From positions 1 to 36,508 of the forward strand of contig JBEBGD010000052.1 in NCBI GenBank assembly GCA_040081625.1: a stretch of 36,508 bases of DNA. Direction: 5' to 3'. Within the stretch, counting starts at the first letter, position 1, and each line of letters starts with the position of its first letter. Origin of the DNA: Chthoniobacteraceae bacterium. GTDB taxonomy: Bacteria > Verrucomicrobiota > Verrucomicrobiia > Chthoniobacterales > Chthoniobacteraceae. Positions 1 through 8,738 of this stretch are shown one piece after another. The translations under genes and the position numbers were made by a program. Under the pieces are notes generated by a model that was not told where the DNA came from, made no database searches, and saw only the letters and a program-made list of their open reading frames with translations.

Positions 1-1
1 C

Positions 2-2377
2 GCGCGGCAGCTCTCGCTCGATCGCGTCGTCGCGCTCAAGGTGCTGCCCGCGCAGTTCGAGCAGGACGAAGACTTCGTCGCCCGATTCCAACGCGAGGCC
101 CGCGTCGCCGCCGGTCTTCACCACGCGCACCTCGTCCGTGTCTATGCCTCGGGCGAAGCCGATGGCTGTCACTTCATCGCCATGGAACTGGTCGAAGGCG
201 AGAACCTCCGCCAGCGGCACAAGCGCGGCGGCCTCACCATGACCGAGTCCCTGCGCATCTGCGCCGACGTCGCCCGCGGCCTCCAATACGGCTGGGAGCA
301 CGGACAGCTCATCCATCGCGACATCAAGCCGAGCAATATCTACCTCTCCGCCGCGGGCGAGGTGAAGCTGGGCGACCTCGGCCTCGCCAAGAGTCTCCTC
401 AGCAATACCACCGGCCTCACGCAGAGCGGCGTGATGATGGGCACGCCCCACTACGTCAGCCCCGAGCAGGCGCGCGGCGACAAGGCCCTCGATTTCCGGG
501 CCGACATCTACAGCCTCGGCTGCACCCTCTACGAACTGCTCACCGGCCGCCCGCCCTACGAGGCCGGCGATCCCCTGACGATCATGAACATGCACGTCAA
601 CTCGCCGGCTCCGGCGATCCTGAGGGTGCTGCCGAACTGCCCCATGCTGCTCGTCCGGCTCGTGGGCCGGATGCTCAAGAAGCGCCCGCGCGAGCGCCAC
701 GCCAGCTATGCGGACTTGATCGCCGAGATGGATTGGGTGCGCGAGGAGATCGAGAATCCCACGGAGCGCACCGGATTGGGAATGCGCGGAGCGGCGACCT
801 CCCGGCACCCCGTCGGCGAGACGCCGCCGCAGCCTGCCCCCGCGCCGCCACCCGCACGCAAGCCGAACCGCCGCCAGCGGCTAGCGCTCGCCGCCGGCGT
901 GCTCGTGCTCGGTGTGGTGGCGTGGGTGGTGGTGAAGCCTGCGAAGCCCAAGCCGCCCGCAGCGGCGAAGCCTGTAGCGTCCGCTGTCCCAGCGGAAAAG
1001 ACTGCCACCCACGCCACCCCCTCGGCTGGGACAGCCGACGCCACGCCTTCACCCGCCCGCCTCTTGCCCACCGCCGAGCCGTGGCAGGACGTGCTGCGCG
1101 ATCCGGCGATGCTCGAGCTTTCTGGCGGGGTGAAGCGGACACCGGAAGGCTTGCGCTTAAGCGATCTAGGTGGGGCCTTGGTCCGTGCCGAGCCCGGCCC
1201 ACGGCGCAATGGTGCGATCCGGGTGCGAGCGACCTACGGTGGAATGCGCCCACAGTTGCGCGTCCGCGATAGTGCCGCCGGCGCCTATCTCCTCTCAGTG
1301 AGCGCCAAGGACGATCAGCTCGTCGTGCTGGCCCGCTTGGGCGGCGCCACCCGTAAATCCGCCAACTTGGGGCAGGTCCGTCTGGGCGAACGCCTTTCAT
1401 CGGGGCAGGATTACGAGCTCGAATTGCGAATCGTGGAGCAGACCCTCACTGTTAAGTTCAATGGGGCGGCCCTTCACTCCGTCGTTGATGCGACTCACCG
1501 GGAGGGCAGCTTCGGCCTGCGAACGCATGCCGACGATGGCCTCCCGTCGCTAGTCAAGTCCCTCGAAGTCCTCGACCTCGATGCGCCCGGCGGCGCGAGC
1601 GCCACCACCACCACCGCGACCAAGGACGCGCCGTTCGTGAACGGGCTCGGCATGAAGTTCGTCCCCGTGCCGATCACCGGCGGGCCGACGGACGGGCAGC
1701 GCGTGCTCTTCAGCGTGTGCGAGACGCGGGTGCAGGACTATGAGGCCTTCGCCACCGAGACCCAGCGCGAGTGGCCCAAGGCCGACTTCGAGCAAGGCCC
1801 CACGCATCCGGCGGTGAGCGTGAGATGGGAGGATGCGACGGCCTTCTGCGCGTGGCTCACGGAGCACGAGCGCAAGGCGGGCAAGCTCAGCGCAGGCGAG
1901 CGCTACCGCCTGCCCACCGACCACGAGTGGAGCTGCGCGGTGGGCATCGGCGAACGGGAGGACGCAGCGAAGCTCCCCGAGAAGAAGAACGGGAAGCTCG
2001 CGGATGTCTTCCCGTGGGGCGGCGCGTGGCCGCCGCCGGCGGGCGCGGGCAACTATTGGAGCGAGGAGTTGCGCCCGCTGCCGGAGAAATACGCATGGAT
2101 CAAGGGCGAGTTGCCCGGCCGCAGGGATTGCTTCAGCGAGACCTCGCCGATGGGCAGCTTCGCAGCGGATCGCTTCGGCCTCTACGACATGGGCGGCAAC
2201 GTGTGGCAGTGGTGCGACGACTGGTATGATGCCTCGCGGAAAGACCATGTGATGCGGGGCGCGTCGTGGGATAGCTGCGACCGCAGCTATCTGCTGTCGT
2301 CGTCCCGCCATCACCGCCCTCCCGGCTTTCGCGACAACGGTATCGGCTTCCGCCCCGTCCTCGCCCCCGCGCCGTAG
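2..2377 (+). CDS. Ser/Thr protein kinase with TM segment and C-terminal FGE-sulfatase (SUMF1/C-type lectin) domain, 5'-truncated
   Basis: Frame is open from base 2 (ARQLSLDRVVALKV). Kinase motifs HRDIKPSN, DLGLAK, GTPHYVSPEQ, DIYSLG. Pro-rich linker, TM LALAAGVLVLGVVAWVVV. FGE motifs YRLPTDHEW, FGLYDMGGNVWQW, RGASW...GFR. Confidence 0.92.
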   Translation, partial: ARQLSLDRVVALKVLPAQFEQDEDFVARFQREARVAAGLHHAHLVRVYASGEADGCHFIAMELVEGENLRQRHKRGGLTMTESLRICADVARGLQYGWEHGQLIHRDIKPSNIYLSAAGEVKLGDLGLAKSLLSNTTGLTQSGVMMGTPHYVSPEQARGDKALDFRADIYSLGCTLYELLTGRPPYEAGDPLTIMNMHVNSPAPAILRVLPNCPMLLVRLVGRMLKKRPRERHASYADLIAEMDWVREEIENPTERTGLGMRGAATSRHPVGETPPQPAPAPPPARKPNRRQRLALAAGVLVLGVVAWVVVKPAKPKPPAAAKPVASAVPAEKTATHATPSAGTADATPSPARLLPTAEPWQDVLRDPAMLELSGGVKRTPEGLRLSDLGGALVRAEPGPRRNGAIRVRATYGGMRPQLRVRDSAAGAYLLSVSAKDDQLVVLARLGGATRKSANLGQVRLGERLSSGQDYELELRIVEQTLTVKFNGAALHSVVDATHREGSFGLRTHADDGLPSLVKSLEVLDLDAPGGASATTTTATKDAPFVNGLGMKFVPVPITGGPTDGQRVLFSVCETRVQDYEAFATETQREWPKADFEQGPTHPAVSVRWEDATAFCAWLTEHERKAGKLSAGERYRLPTDHEWSCAVGIGEREDAAKLPEKKNGKLADVFPWGGAWPPPAGAGNYWSEELRPLPEKYAWIKGELPGRRDCFSETSPMGSFAADRFGLYDMGGNVWQWCDDWYDASRKDHVMRGASWDSCDRSYLLSSSRHHRPPGFRDNGIGFRPVLAPAP

Positions 2378-2485
2378 CCGCACCCGGCGCAAAGTGACCT
2401 CGGCGCGGAGCGCGCTGACTGGCGCCTACGCAGGGGTCCGCTGTGCCACACGCCATCCATTCACCGTCCGCAATCATCGGGCCCC

Positions 2486-3508
2486 TTACAGCACCAGCCG
2501 CACGACTCCGCCGCCCTTGACGATGCCGCCGATCACCGTGCCGCGCGTCTTGCGCTGCACTGCCGCAACGTCCTTTTCCGCGACGACGATGGTCATGCCT
2601 ATGCCCATGTTGAAGACTTGATACATCTCGGCGCGATCGACTTTCCCGCCTCGGCAGATGTGCTCGAAGATGGCGGGCACTTTCCACGCGGAGCAGTCGA
2701 TGACGGCGTCGCAGGTCTTCGGGAGGACGCGCGGGAGATTGTCCACTAGGCCGCCGCCGGTGATGTGGGCGAGGCCTTTGACGACGCCGTGCGGGAGCGT
2801 GGCGAGGAGGGGTTGGTAGTTGCGGTGAACGCGCAGTAGTTCGTCGGCGAGCGTGCCTTTGACGCCGTCGAGCTTCGCGTCGAGGCCGAGGCCCATCGTG
2901 TCGAGGAGGACTTTCCGCGCGAGGGTGTAGCCGTTGGTGTGGAGGCCGTTCGAGGGCAGGCCGAGGATCACGTCGCCGCGCTTGATCTTCGAGCCGTCGA
3001 TGAGCCGCGGGCGATCGACGACGCCGACGATGGTGCCGACGAGATCGTATTCGCCGGGGTGATACATGCCGGGCATCTGCGCGGTCTCGCCGCCGACGAT
3101 GGCGCACTTGGCGGCTTTGCAGGCTTTGGCGAAGCCCTTGAGGAGCTGCGTGAAGACTTGCGGCTCGAGTTTCTCCGCGCCGATGTAGTCGAGGAAGAAG
3201 AGCGGGCGCGCGCCGATGACGGCGATGTCGTCGATGCAGTGGTTGACGAGGTCCTGGCCGACGGTGTCGTGCCGGCCGGTGGCGAAGGCGAGCTTGAGTT
3301 TCGTGCCGACGCCGTCGGCGCTGGAGACGAGCACGGGGTCTTTCATGCCGCGGAAGTCCGGGCGGAAGAGGCCGCCGAATCCGCCGATGCGGCCGAGCAC
3401 CTCGGGGCCGTGCGTGCCTTTGACCAGCGCCTGGATGCCGCTCTTGACGCGGTTGCCGAGGTCCACGTCCACGCCCGCGGCGGCGTATGCTTTTTTCGTC
3501 TTGCTCAT
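2486..3508 (-). CDS. purM: Phosphoribosylformylglycinamidine cyclo-ligase (AIR synthetase)
   Basis: YAAAGVD, DGVGTKL, GGETAQMPG, GLHTNGY, AHITGGGL, FNMGIG motifs. Confidence 0.97.
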   Translation of the reverse strand: MSKTKKAYAAAGVDVDLGNRVKSGIQALVKGTHGPEVLGRIGGFGGLFRPDFRGMKDPVLVSSADGVGTKLKLAFATGRHDTVGQDLVNHCIDDIAVIGARPLFFLDYIGAEKLEPQVFTQLLKGFAKACKAAKCAIVGGETAQMPGMYHPGEYDLVGTIVGVVDRPRLIDGSKIKRGDVILGLPSNGLHTNGYTLARKVLLDTMGLGLDAKLDGVKGTLADELLRVHRNYQPLLATLPHGVVKGLAHITGGGLVDNLPRVLPKTCDAVIDCSAWKVPAIFEHICRGGKVDRAEMYQVFNMGIGMTIVVAEKDVAAVQRKTRGTVIGGIVKGGGVVRLVL

Positions 3509-3511
3509 GAA

Positions 3512-4987
3512 TCAGCGGATCGCGTCGAAGAGCTCCGGGTGTTCGTCCTCGGGCGCGATGAGGTTTGCGCGCTGCTTGCGGCGCTCCATGATGAATTTGT
3601 CCACGGTCGGGTCGAAGGCGACCGGGTAGTCGCCGGTGAAGCACGCCATGCAGAAGGACTGCTCGCTTTGTCCGGTGGCGCGGACCATGCCGGGGACATC
3701 GAGGTAGCCGAGGCTGTCGGCGCCGAGGTATTCGCAGATCGCCTGGTGGGAGAGTTGGTTGGCGAGGAGCTTCTCGGGGTCGGGGAAGTCGATGCCGTAG
3801 TGGCAGGCGTGCCGGTGCGGCGGGCAGGAGATGCGCATGTGGACTTCCTTCGCGCCGGCTTCGCGCAGGTTGACGACGCGGGCCTTGGCCGTGGTGCCGC
3901 GGACGATGGAGTCATCGACGACGACGACGCGCTTCCCTGCGACGAGTTCCTTGATGAGGTTGAGCTTCACGCGGACGTTGAAGTCGCGGATGAGCTGCGA
4001 GGGCTGGAGGAAGGTGCGGCCGATGTAGTGATTGCGGACGAAGGCGTGCGCGTAGGGGATGTTGAGTTCCTCGGCGAACCCGAGCGCGGCGTAGTTGCCG
4101 GAGTCGGGCACGGGCACGACGACGTCGGCCTCGACCGGGTGGAGGCGCGCGAGTTCGCGGCCCATCTGCGTGCGGACGCGGGCGACGTTGATGTCGCTGA
4201 TGGTCGAGTCGGGCCGCGCGAAATAGACATACTCGAAGATGCAGAACGCGCGGCGCTCCTCCTTGAACGGGAACTCGGAACGCACTCCGTTTTCATCGAT
4301 GATGACCACTTCGCCCGGCTCGATCTCGCGGACGAATTCGGCGTGGATGAGATCGAAGGCGCACGTCTCGCTCGAGAGCACCCACGCGCCCTCGAGCTTG
4401 CCGAGCGAGAGCGGGCGGAAGCCGAAAGGATCGCGCACGCCGATGATCTCGCGCTCGCTCATCATCACGAGCGAGTAGGCGCCCTGGATGCGGCGCAGCG
4501 CGGCGAGTGCGCCGCCGGGGCCGGGCGGCTGCGCCATGAGATGCACGATGATCTCGCTATCGACAGTCGTCTGGAAGATGGAGCCGCGGCGCTCGAGTTC
4601 GTCGCGGAGGACGGCGGCGTTCACGAGGTTGCCGTTGTGGCCGATGGCGATCTGGCCGCGACCGGTGTTGGCGACGAGGGGCTGCGCGTTGATGAGCGTG
4701 CTCGAGCCGGTGGTCGAGTAGCGCACGTGGCCGACGGCGCGCGTGCCCTTGATCTTCTCGAGATCGTCTTCGTTGAAGACCTGCCCGACGAGGCCCATGG
4801 CGACGTGGCGGCGGAAGTTCGGGTCGGGCTTGCCGTGCTTGTCCACGCCGCCGTGGGTGACGATGCCCGCGCTTTCCTGCCCACGATGCTGCAGGGCGAA
4901 AAGCCCGTAGTAGGTGAGGATGGCGGCGTTCGGATGTCCGAAGACGGCGAATACGCCGCACTCGTGGGTCGGTCTGTGGTGCTTCAC
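3512..4987 (-). CDS. purF: Amidophosphoribosyltransferase
   Basis: GTG start, short propeptide then CGVF; LQHRGQESAG, GHVRYST, HNGNLVN, PRPP loop VDDSIVRGTT; Fe-S Cys pattern (FCIFE, CHYGID, CMAC). Confidence 0.96.
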   Translation of the reverse strand: MKHHRPTHECGVFAVFGHPNAAILTYYGLFALQHRGQESAGIVTHGGVDKHGKPDPNFRRHVAMGLVGQVFNEDDLEKIKGTRAVGHVRYSTTGSSTLINAQPLVANTGRGQIAIGHNGNLVNAAVLRDELERRGSIFQTTVDSEIIVHLMAQPPGPGGALAALRRIQGAYSLVMMSEREIIGVRDPFGFRPLSLGKLEGAWVLSSETCAFDLIHAEFVREIEPGEVVIIDENGVRSEFPFKEERRAFCIFEYVYFARPDSTISDINVARVRTQMGRELARLHPVEADVVVPVPDSGNYAALGFAEELNIPYAHAFVRNHYIGRTFLQPSQLIRDFNVRVKLNLIKELVAGKRVVVVDDSIVRGTTAKARVVNLREAGAKEVHMRISCPPHRHACHYGIDFPDPEKLLANQLSHQAICEYLGADSLGYLDVPGMVRATGQSEQSFCMACFTGDYPVAFDPTVDKFIMERRKQRANLIAPEDEHPELFDAIR

Positions 4988-4998
4988 GCGGGGCGCGC

Positions 4999-5026
4999 AG
5001 ACTAGCGGCGCGCTCCGGTCGGTCAA
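4999..5026 (-). promoter_or_regulatory. Putative sigma70 promoter of purF-purM
   Basis: Minus strand TTGACC-16 nt-TAGTCT, 11 nt before the GTG start. Confidence 0.4.
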
Positions 5027-5301
5027 GGCGCAGTGCCGGTCATCGCACGATCGTCGCCGGATCGCTTCGACGCGGGCTTCCGCGCGCCCATCGCAACGGC
5101 GCGCGGCAGGTGCCATTCGCAGCGCGGGCAGCGCCACGGCGAATACCGCGCCACGATGACGACCGCCACCCAACTCACCAGCCACAGCCCGGCCGTGAGG
5201 ATCGTGAGCACGAGATGCCAGAGGTGTTCCGGCTGGATCCGGCGGAACAACTGCACGTGCTGGCAACGATGACAGTAAGCGCGGAGTCGGTCGGAACTCA
5301 T
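5023..5301 (-). CDS. Small membrane zinc-ribbon protein (LITAF-like CxxC-hydrophobic-CxxC)
   Basis: YCHRC ... HLVLTILTAGLWLVSWVAVVIV ... WRCPRC; start could be upstream at 5382. Confidence 0.7.
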   Translation of the reverse strand: MSSDRLRAYCHRCQHVQLFRRIQPEHLWHLVLTILTAGLWLVSWVAVVIVARYSPWRCPRCEWHLPRAVAMGARKPASKRSGDDRAMTGTAP

Positions 5302-5396
5302 AACCTTTGACCGAACGATAGTGGGACGGCCTTCCGAAGCACTATCGGGTGATGTGTGCAATTTATCCTCGGGAGAAGACACCGCGCAATCCGCCG

Positions 5397-6047
5397 CTAC
5401 GACGCGGCGACAATGTGCTCCCGCACTGCGTAGCGCACGAGCTCCGCGAGCGACCGGATGGCGAGTTTCTTCATCAGCCGCGCGCGGTGCGTCTCGACCG
5501 TCTTGATACTGATTCCAAGTCGCTCGCCGGTCGTCTTGTTCGTGTGCCCCTCGGCGAGGAGCTGAAGCACTTCGATCTCGCGACGCGTCATGCCGCCAGT
5601 GCGCTCGACCTTGCGTCGGCCGCGACGCTTGGCCAGCAGCCGCTCGGCAAACGGCGCGAGCCGCCGCGTGAGATACTGTTTACCATCATGCAGCGCCTTG
5701 ACCGCCACGACGACTTCCTGCGCGGCGTCGGATTTGAAGACGTAGCCTTGCGCGCCGGCTGCGAGCGCCTCGGCGGCAAAATGCTCGGATTCGTGCAAGG
5801 AAAGCACGAGCACCCGCACACTTCGGACGCTGCGGTGAATCTGCCGCGTGGCCTCGATGCCGTTCAACCCCGGCAAGGCCAGGTCCATCACCACCACATC
5901 CGGCTTTAGACGCTCGGCCAGCTCGACGGCGAGCCGCCCATCCGCCGCCTCGGCGCATACTTCGAACTCCGGCTCACTCTCGAGCAGGGAGCGAATGCCG
6001 CGACGGACGATTTCGTGATCATCAACGAGAAGAATGCGCGTGGTCAT
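5397..6047 (-). CDS. NarL/LuxR-family response regulator
   Basis: LLVDDH, VMDLALP, YVFK receiver domain; TRREIEVLQLLAEG...KTVETHRARLMKKL LuxR HTH. Confidence 0.95.
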   Translation of the reverse strand: MTTRILLVDDHEIVRRGIRSLLESEPEFEVCAEAADGRLAVELAERLKPDVVVMDLALPGLNGIEATRQIHRSVRSVRVLVLSLHESEHFAAEALAAGAQGYVFKSDAAQEVVVAVKALHDGKQYLTRRLAPFAERLLAKRRGRRKVERTGGMTRREIEVLQLLAEGHTNKTTGERLGISIKTVETHRARLMKKLAIRSLAELVRYAVREHIVAAS

Positions 6048-7540
6048 GGTGCGGGTATAAGAGGCAGCCGGACACGGACCTTTACCCCGGGCTCGGCGGA
6101 TTCAAGGTCTAAAGCGCCTCCGAGTTGCGCCACCCGCTCGCGCATGCCCGCGATGCCGACGCCACGCAACTCGCCCGGATCGGCCGGGAGGCCGCAGCCG
6201 AAGTCGCGCACCGCCAGCTCGATCCAGCCCGCACCGGCGCCGAGCGCGATCTCCGCGCGTTCGCTCTGCGAGTGCCGGTGCACATTGCCGAGCGACTCCT
6301 GCACGATGCGAAACAGCGTCAGCTCCTGGAGCGAATCGAGCCGCGCGAGCCGCTCCGGCGCCAGAAAATCCACCGCGATGCCGGAGCGATCGACAAATCC
6401 ATCGATGAAAAAACGAAGCGCCGCGACCAGGCCACGCTCCTCCAGCAGCGGCGGGTGGAGCAGGTAGCTCTGCGTGCGCACCTCGACCGTGGCGCACTCG
6501 GCCAGCAGGCAACTCTCGGCGAGCAACTCCGCCCGCTTCTCGACCGACAGCTTGCTGTCCTCCATGCACACGCGGTTGAGATTGATCGACAGCGCCACGA
6601 GCAACTGCGCCGTCGAGTCGTGCAGTTCGCGCGCGATCCGGCGCCGCTCTTCGTCCTGCGCGCCGAGCAGCCGCTGCGAGAGCTGGCGCAGCCGCCCCTC
6701 GGCCTTCTTCTGCTCGCGCAAATCGCGCAGGATCGTCGCGCTGCCGAGGATCGACCCCGCCTCACTACGCAGCGGAAAAACCGACAGCAGCACCGGGATG
6801 CGCCGGCCGTCCCGCGCCATCCGGGTGACTTCGCGCTGATGGACCGGCTCGCCGAGGCGGACGCGCCGCTCGATCTCGATCGCCGAGCCCTGCTCTTCGA
6901 CCGGCGTAATCGCGAGCAGCGATCCCCCAACCACATCCGAGCGCCGGTAACCGAAGAGCAACTCGGCCGCCTGGTTCCACCCGACGATGCGCCCCGCGAC
7001 GTCCGACCAGACGACCGCGTCGTCCATCACCTCGACCACGAGCGCAATCTCGCGCAACTGCTGCGTGCGCTCCACCACGCGCTGCTCGAGCCCCTCATGC
7101 GCAGCGGCAAGCTCGGCGATGGCCCTGGCGAGATCGTTCCGCGTGTTCTGGAGTTCGGTGACATCCGTCACCGAGCCGACCCATCCGACTGTCTTCCCCT
7201 GTCCATCGAGTTCGGGAACGGCATCAGCCTGAACCCAGCGAACCGTGCCGTCGCGCAACACCACTCGCGCTTCGACCCGATACGGCCTCTGGCCTCTACT
7301 CGCGTCCATCCACGCACGGCCGACCCGCTCCTTGTCCTCCGGGTGAAGGCAGCGGTGCCAGCCGCTGCCCATTCCCTCGTCGTGCGACAGACCGGTGACC
7401 TCGCACCAGCGGTCATTCACATAGGTCTGCGCGCCGGTATGGTCTGAACGAAAGATCCCCACCGGCGACACCCGGGCCATCAGGTCGAGGCCCGGCGCTG
7501 CGGACGGGTCTCGGGGCTGCGGCGCGTCAGGCCCGTTCAT
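6044..7540 (-). CDS. Cytoplasmic PAS-PAS sensor histidine kinase (HisKA_3)
   Basis: Two PAS domains (YVNDRW..LHPED; GWNQAAELLFGY), H-box ERRRIARELHDS, N-box QESLGNVHRHS, DFGCG, GIAGMRER; 4-nt overlap with the regulator; start uncertain. Confidence 0.92.
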   Translation of the reverse strand: MNGPDAPQPRDPSAAPGLDLMARVSPVGIFRSDHTGAQTYVNDRWCEVTGLSHDEGMGSGWHRCLHPEDKERVGRAWMDASRGQRPYRVEARVVLRDGTVRWVQADAVPELDGQGKTVGWVGSVTDVTELQNTRNDLARAIAELAAAHEGLEQRVVERTQQLREIALVVEVMDDAVVWSDVAGRIVGWNQAAELLFGYRRSDVVGGSLLAITPVEEQGSAIEIERRVRLGEPVHQREVTRMARDGRRIPVLLSVFPLRSEAGSILGSATILRDLREQKKAEGRLRQLSQRLLGAQDEERRRIARELHDSTAQLLVALSINLNRVCMEDSKLSVEKRAELLAESCLLAECATVEVRTQSYLLHPPLLEERGLVAALRFFIDGFVDRSGIAVDFLAPERLARLDSLQELTLFRIVQESLGNVHRHSQSERAEIALGAGAGWIELAVRDFGCGLPADPGELRGVGIAGMRERVAQLGGALDLESAEPGVKVRVRLPLIPAP

Positions 7541-8459
7541 GACCCCGATACCACGCATACGTCTGCGCGATGCCTTCGCGCAACGCGATCCGCGGCCGCC
7601 AGCCGAGCGCCGTGAGCCGAGCCGTGTCGAGCAGCTTGCGTGGCGTGCCGTCGGGCTTGGTCGCGTCGAAGACCAGCTCGCCATCGAAGCCGACCACCTC
7701 GCAGATCAGCTCCGCCAGCACGCGGATCGTCACGTCCTCGCCGCAGCCGACATTGATGATCTCCGGCGAATCGTAGCCCTCCAGCAGAAAGCGGCACGCG
7801 CTCGCGAGATCATCGACGTGCAGAAATTCGCGCCTCGGCGCGCCCGTGCCCCACACCTCCACCTGTCCGGCGCCCGCCAGTTTCGCCTCGTGAACTTTGC
7901 GCAGCAGCGCCGGCAGCACGTGCGAACTCGCGAGGTCGAAGTTGTCGCCCGGCCCGTAGAGATTCGTCGGCATCGCGCTGATGAAGTTGCGCCCGCACTG
8001 CCGGGCGTAGGCCTGGCAGAGCTTGATCCCCGCGATCTTTGCGAGCGCGTAGGCTTCGTTCGTCGGCTCGAGCGCGCCGCCCAGAAGCGCTGATTCCGGG
8101 ATCGGCTGCGGCGCGAACTTCGGGTAGATGCAGGAGCTGCCGAGGAAGAGCAGCTTGCGCGCGCCGAAATCCGCCGCCGCCTCGATCACATTGTTCTGCA
8201 CCTTCAAGTTCTCGAGGAGGAACTCGACCGGAAAATCGTTGTTCGCCTTGATCCCGCCGACCTTCGCCGCCGCCACGATCACGACCGCCGGCTTCTGCTC
8301 CTCGAAAAATCGCCGCACCGCTGCTCGATCCGTCAACTCGAGTTCGCCGCGCGTGCGCGTGAGCAGACTGCCGTAGCCCGCGCGCTCGAGTTCGCGCAGG
8401 ATCGCGCCGCCCGCGAGGCCGCGGTGGCCGGCGATGAAGATGGATTCCTGGTAAGTCAC
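7527..8459 (-). CDS. fcl: GDP-L-fucose synthase
   Basis: GHRGLAG, AAAKVGGI, LGSSCIYP, YALAK, PTNLYGPGDNF, DGTPRK. Confidence 0.96.
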   Translation of the reverse strand: MTYQESIFIAGHRGLAGGAILRELERAGYGSLLTRTRGELELTDRAAVRRFFEEQKPAVVIVAAAKVGGIKANNDFPVEFLLENLKVQNNVIEAAADFGARKLLFLGSSCIYPKFAPQPIPESALLGGALEPTNEAYALAKIAGIKLCQAYARQCGRNFISAMPTNLYGPGDNFDLASSHVLPALLRKVHEAKLAGAGQVEVWGTGAPRREFLHVDDLASACRFLLEGYDSPEIINVGCGEDVTIRVLAELICEVVGFDGELVFDATKPDGTPRKLLDTARLTALGWRPRIALREGIAQTYAWYRGHERA

Positions 8460-8564
8460 GCGCGGGAGAATGTGAGGAAAATGGCGGATGTCGAATTACG
8501 AATGCACCGCTGATCGCCTGCTTTCGCGTTTGCTTCACGATTCGTCATTTGTCCGCCTGCGAGA

Positions 8565-8687
8565 CTGTTGAAATGGTCCACAGATTCCACGGATGGGCAC
8601 AGATTCGTCGCGGCAATCCGTTCAGCTCCTCTGTGAAAATCGGTGCAATCTGTGGACAGCCACCGAGGCGCCGAGTTTTTTCAACAG
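8565..8687. repeat. Nested inverted-repeat element (REP/MITE-like)
   Basis: Outer IR CTGTTGAAA (8565-8573)/TTTCAACAG (8679-8687). Inner stem 8576-8603/8630-8657 with a perfect 11-bp GTCCACAGATT/AATCTGTGGAC. Confidence 0.75.
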
Positions 8688-8738
8688 GCTGCAACGCCTT
8701 GACCGTCCCGCTTCGCTCGGCTGTCATTCGCCTTTCCC

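Noticed and set aside
1600..1620. ACC triplet run
   Set aside because: Encodes a Thr linker; in-frame, not a phase-variation tract
2377..2388. DGR-type downstream hairpin GCCG-CACC-CGGC
   Set aside because: A 4-bp stem is expected by chance at this GC content
2939..5005. Long + strand ORF (688 aa) and similar long antisense ORFs (17359-19053, 31078-32739, 32767-34284)
   Set aside because: Shadow ORFs opposite well-supported genes, expected in high-GC DNA; no motifs
4988..5266. Long N-terminal extensions in the ORF track (purF, kinase to 7684, batA from 18929, batC from 20886, ybeY to 31387, clpS to 29842)
   Set aside because: They overlap neighbouring real genes; homology or signal peptides begin at downstream starts
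8576..8657. CRISPR array or tRNA
   Set aside because: Subunits are ~10 bp and inverted, with no spacers; no cloverleaf or T-loop consensus
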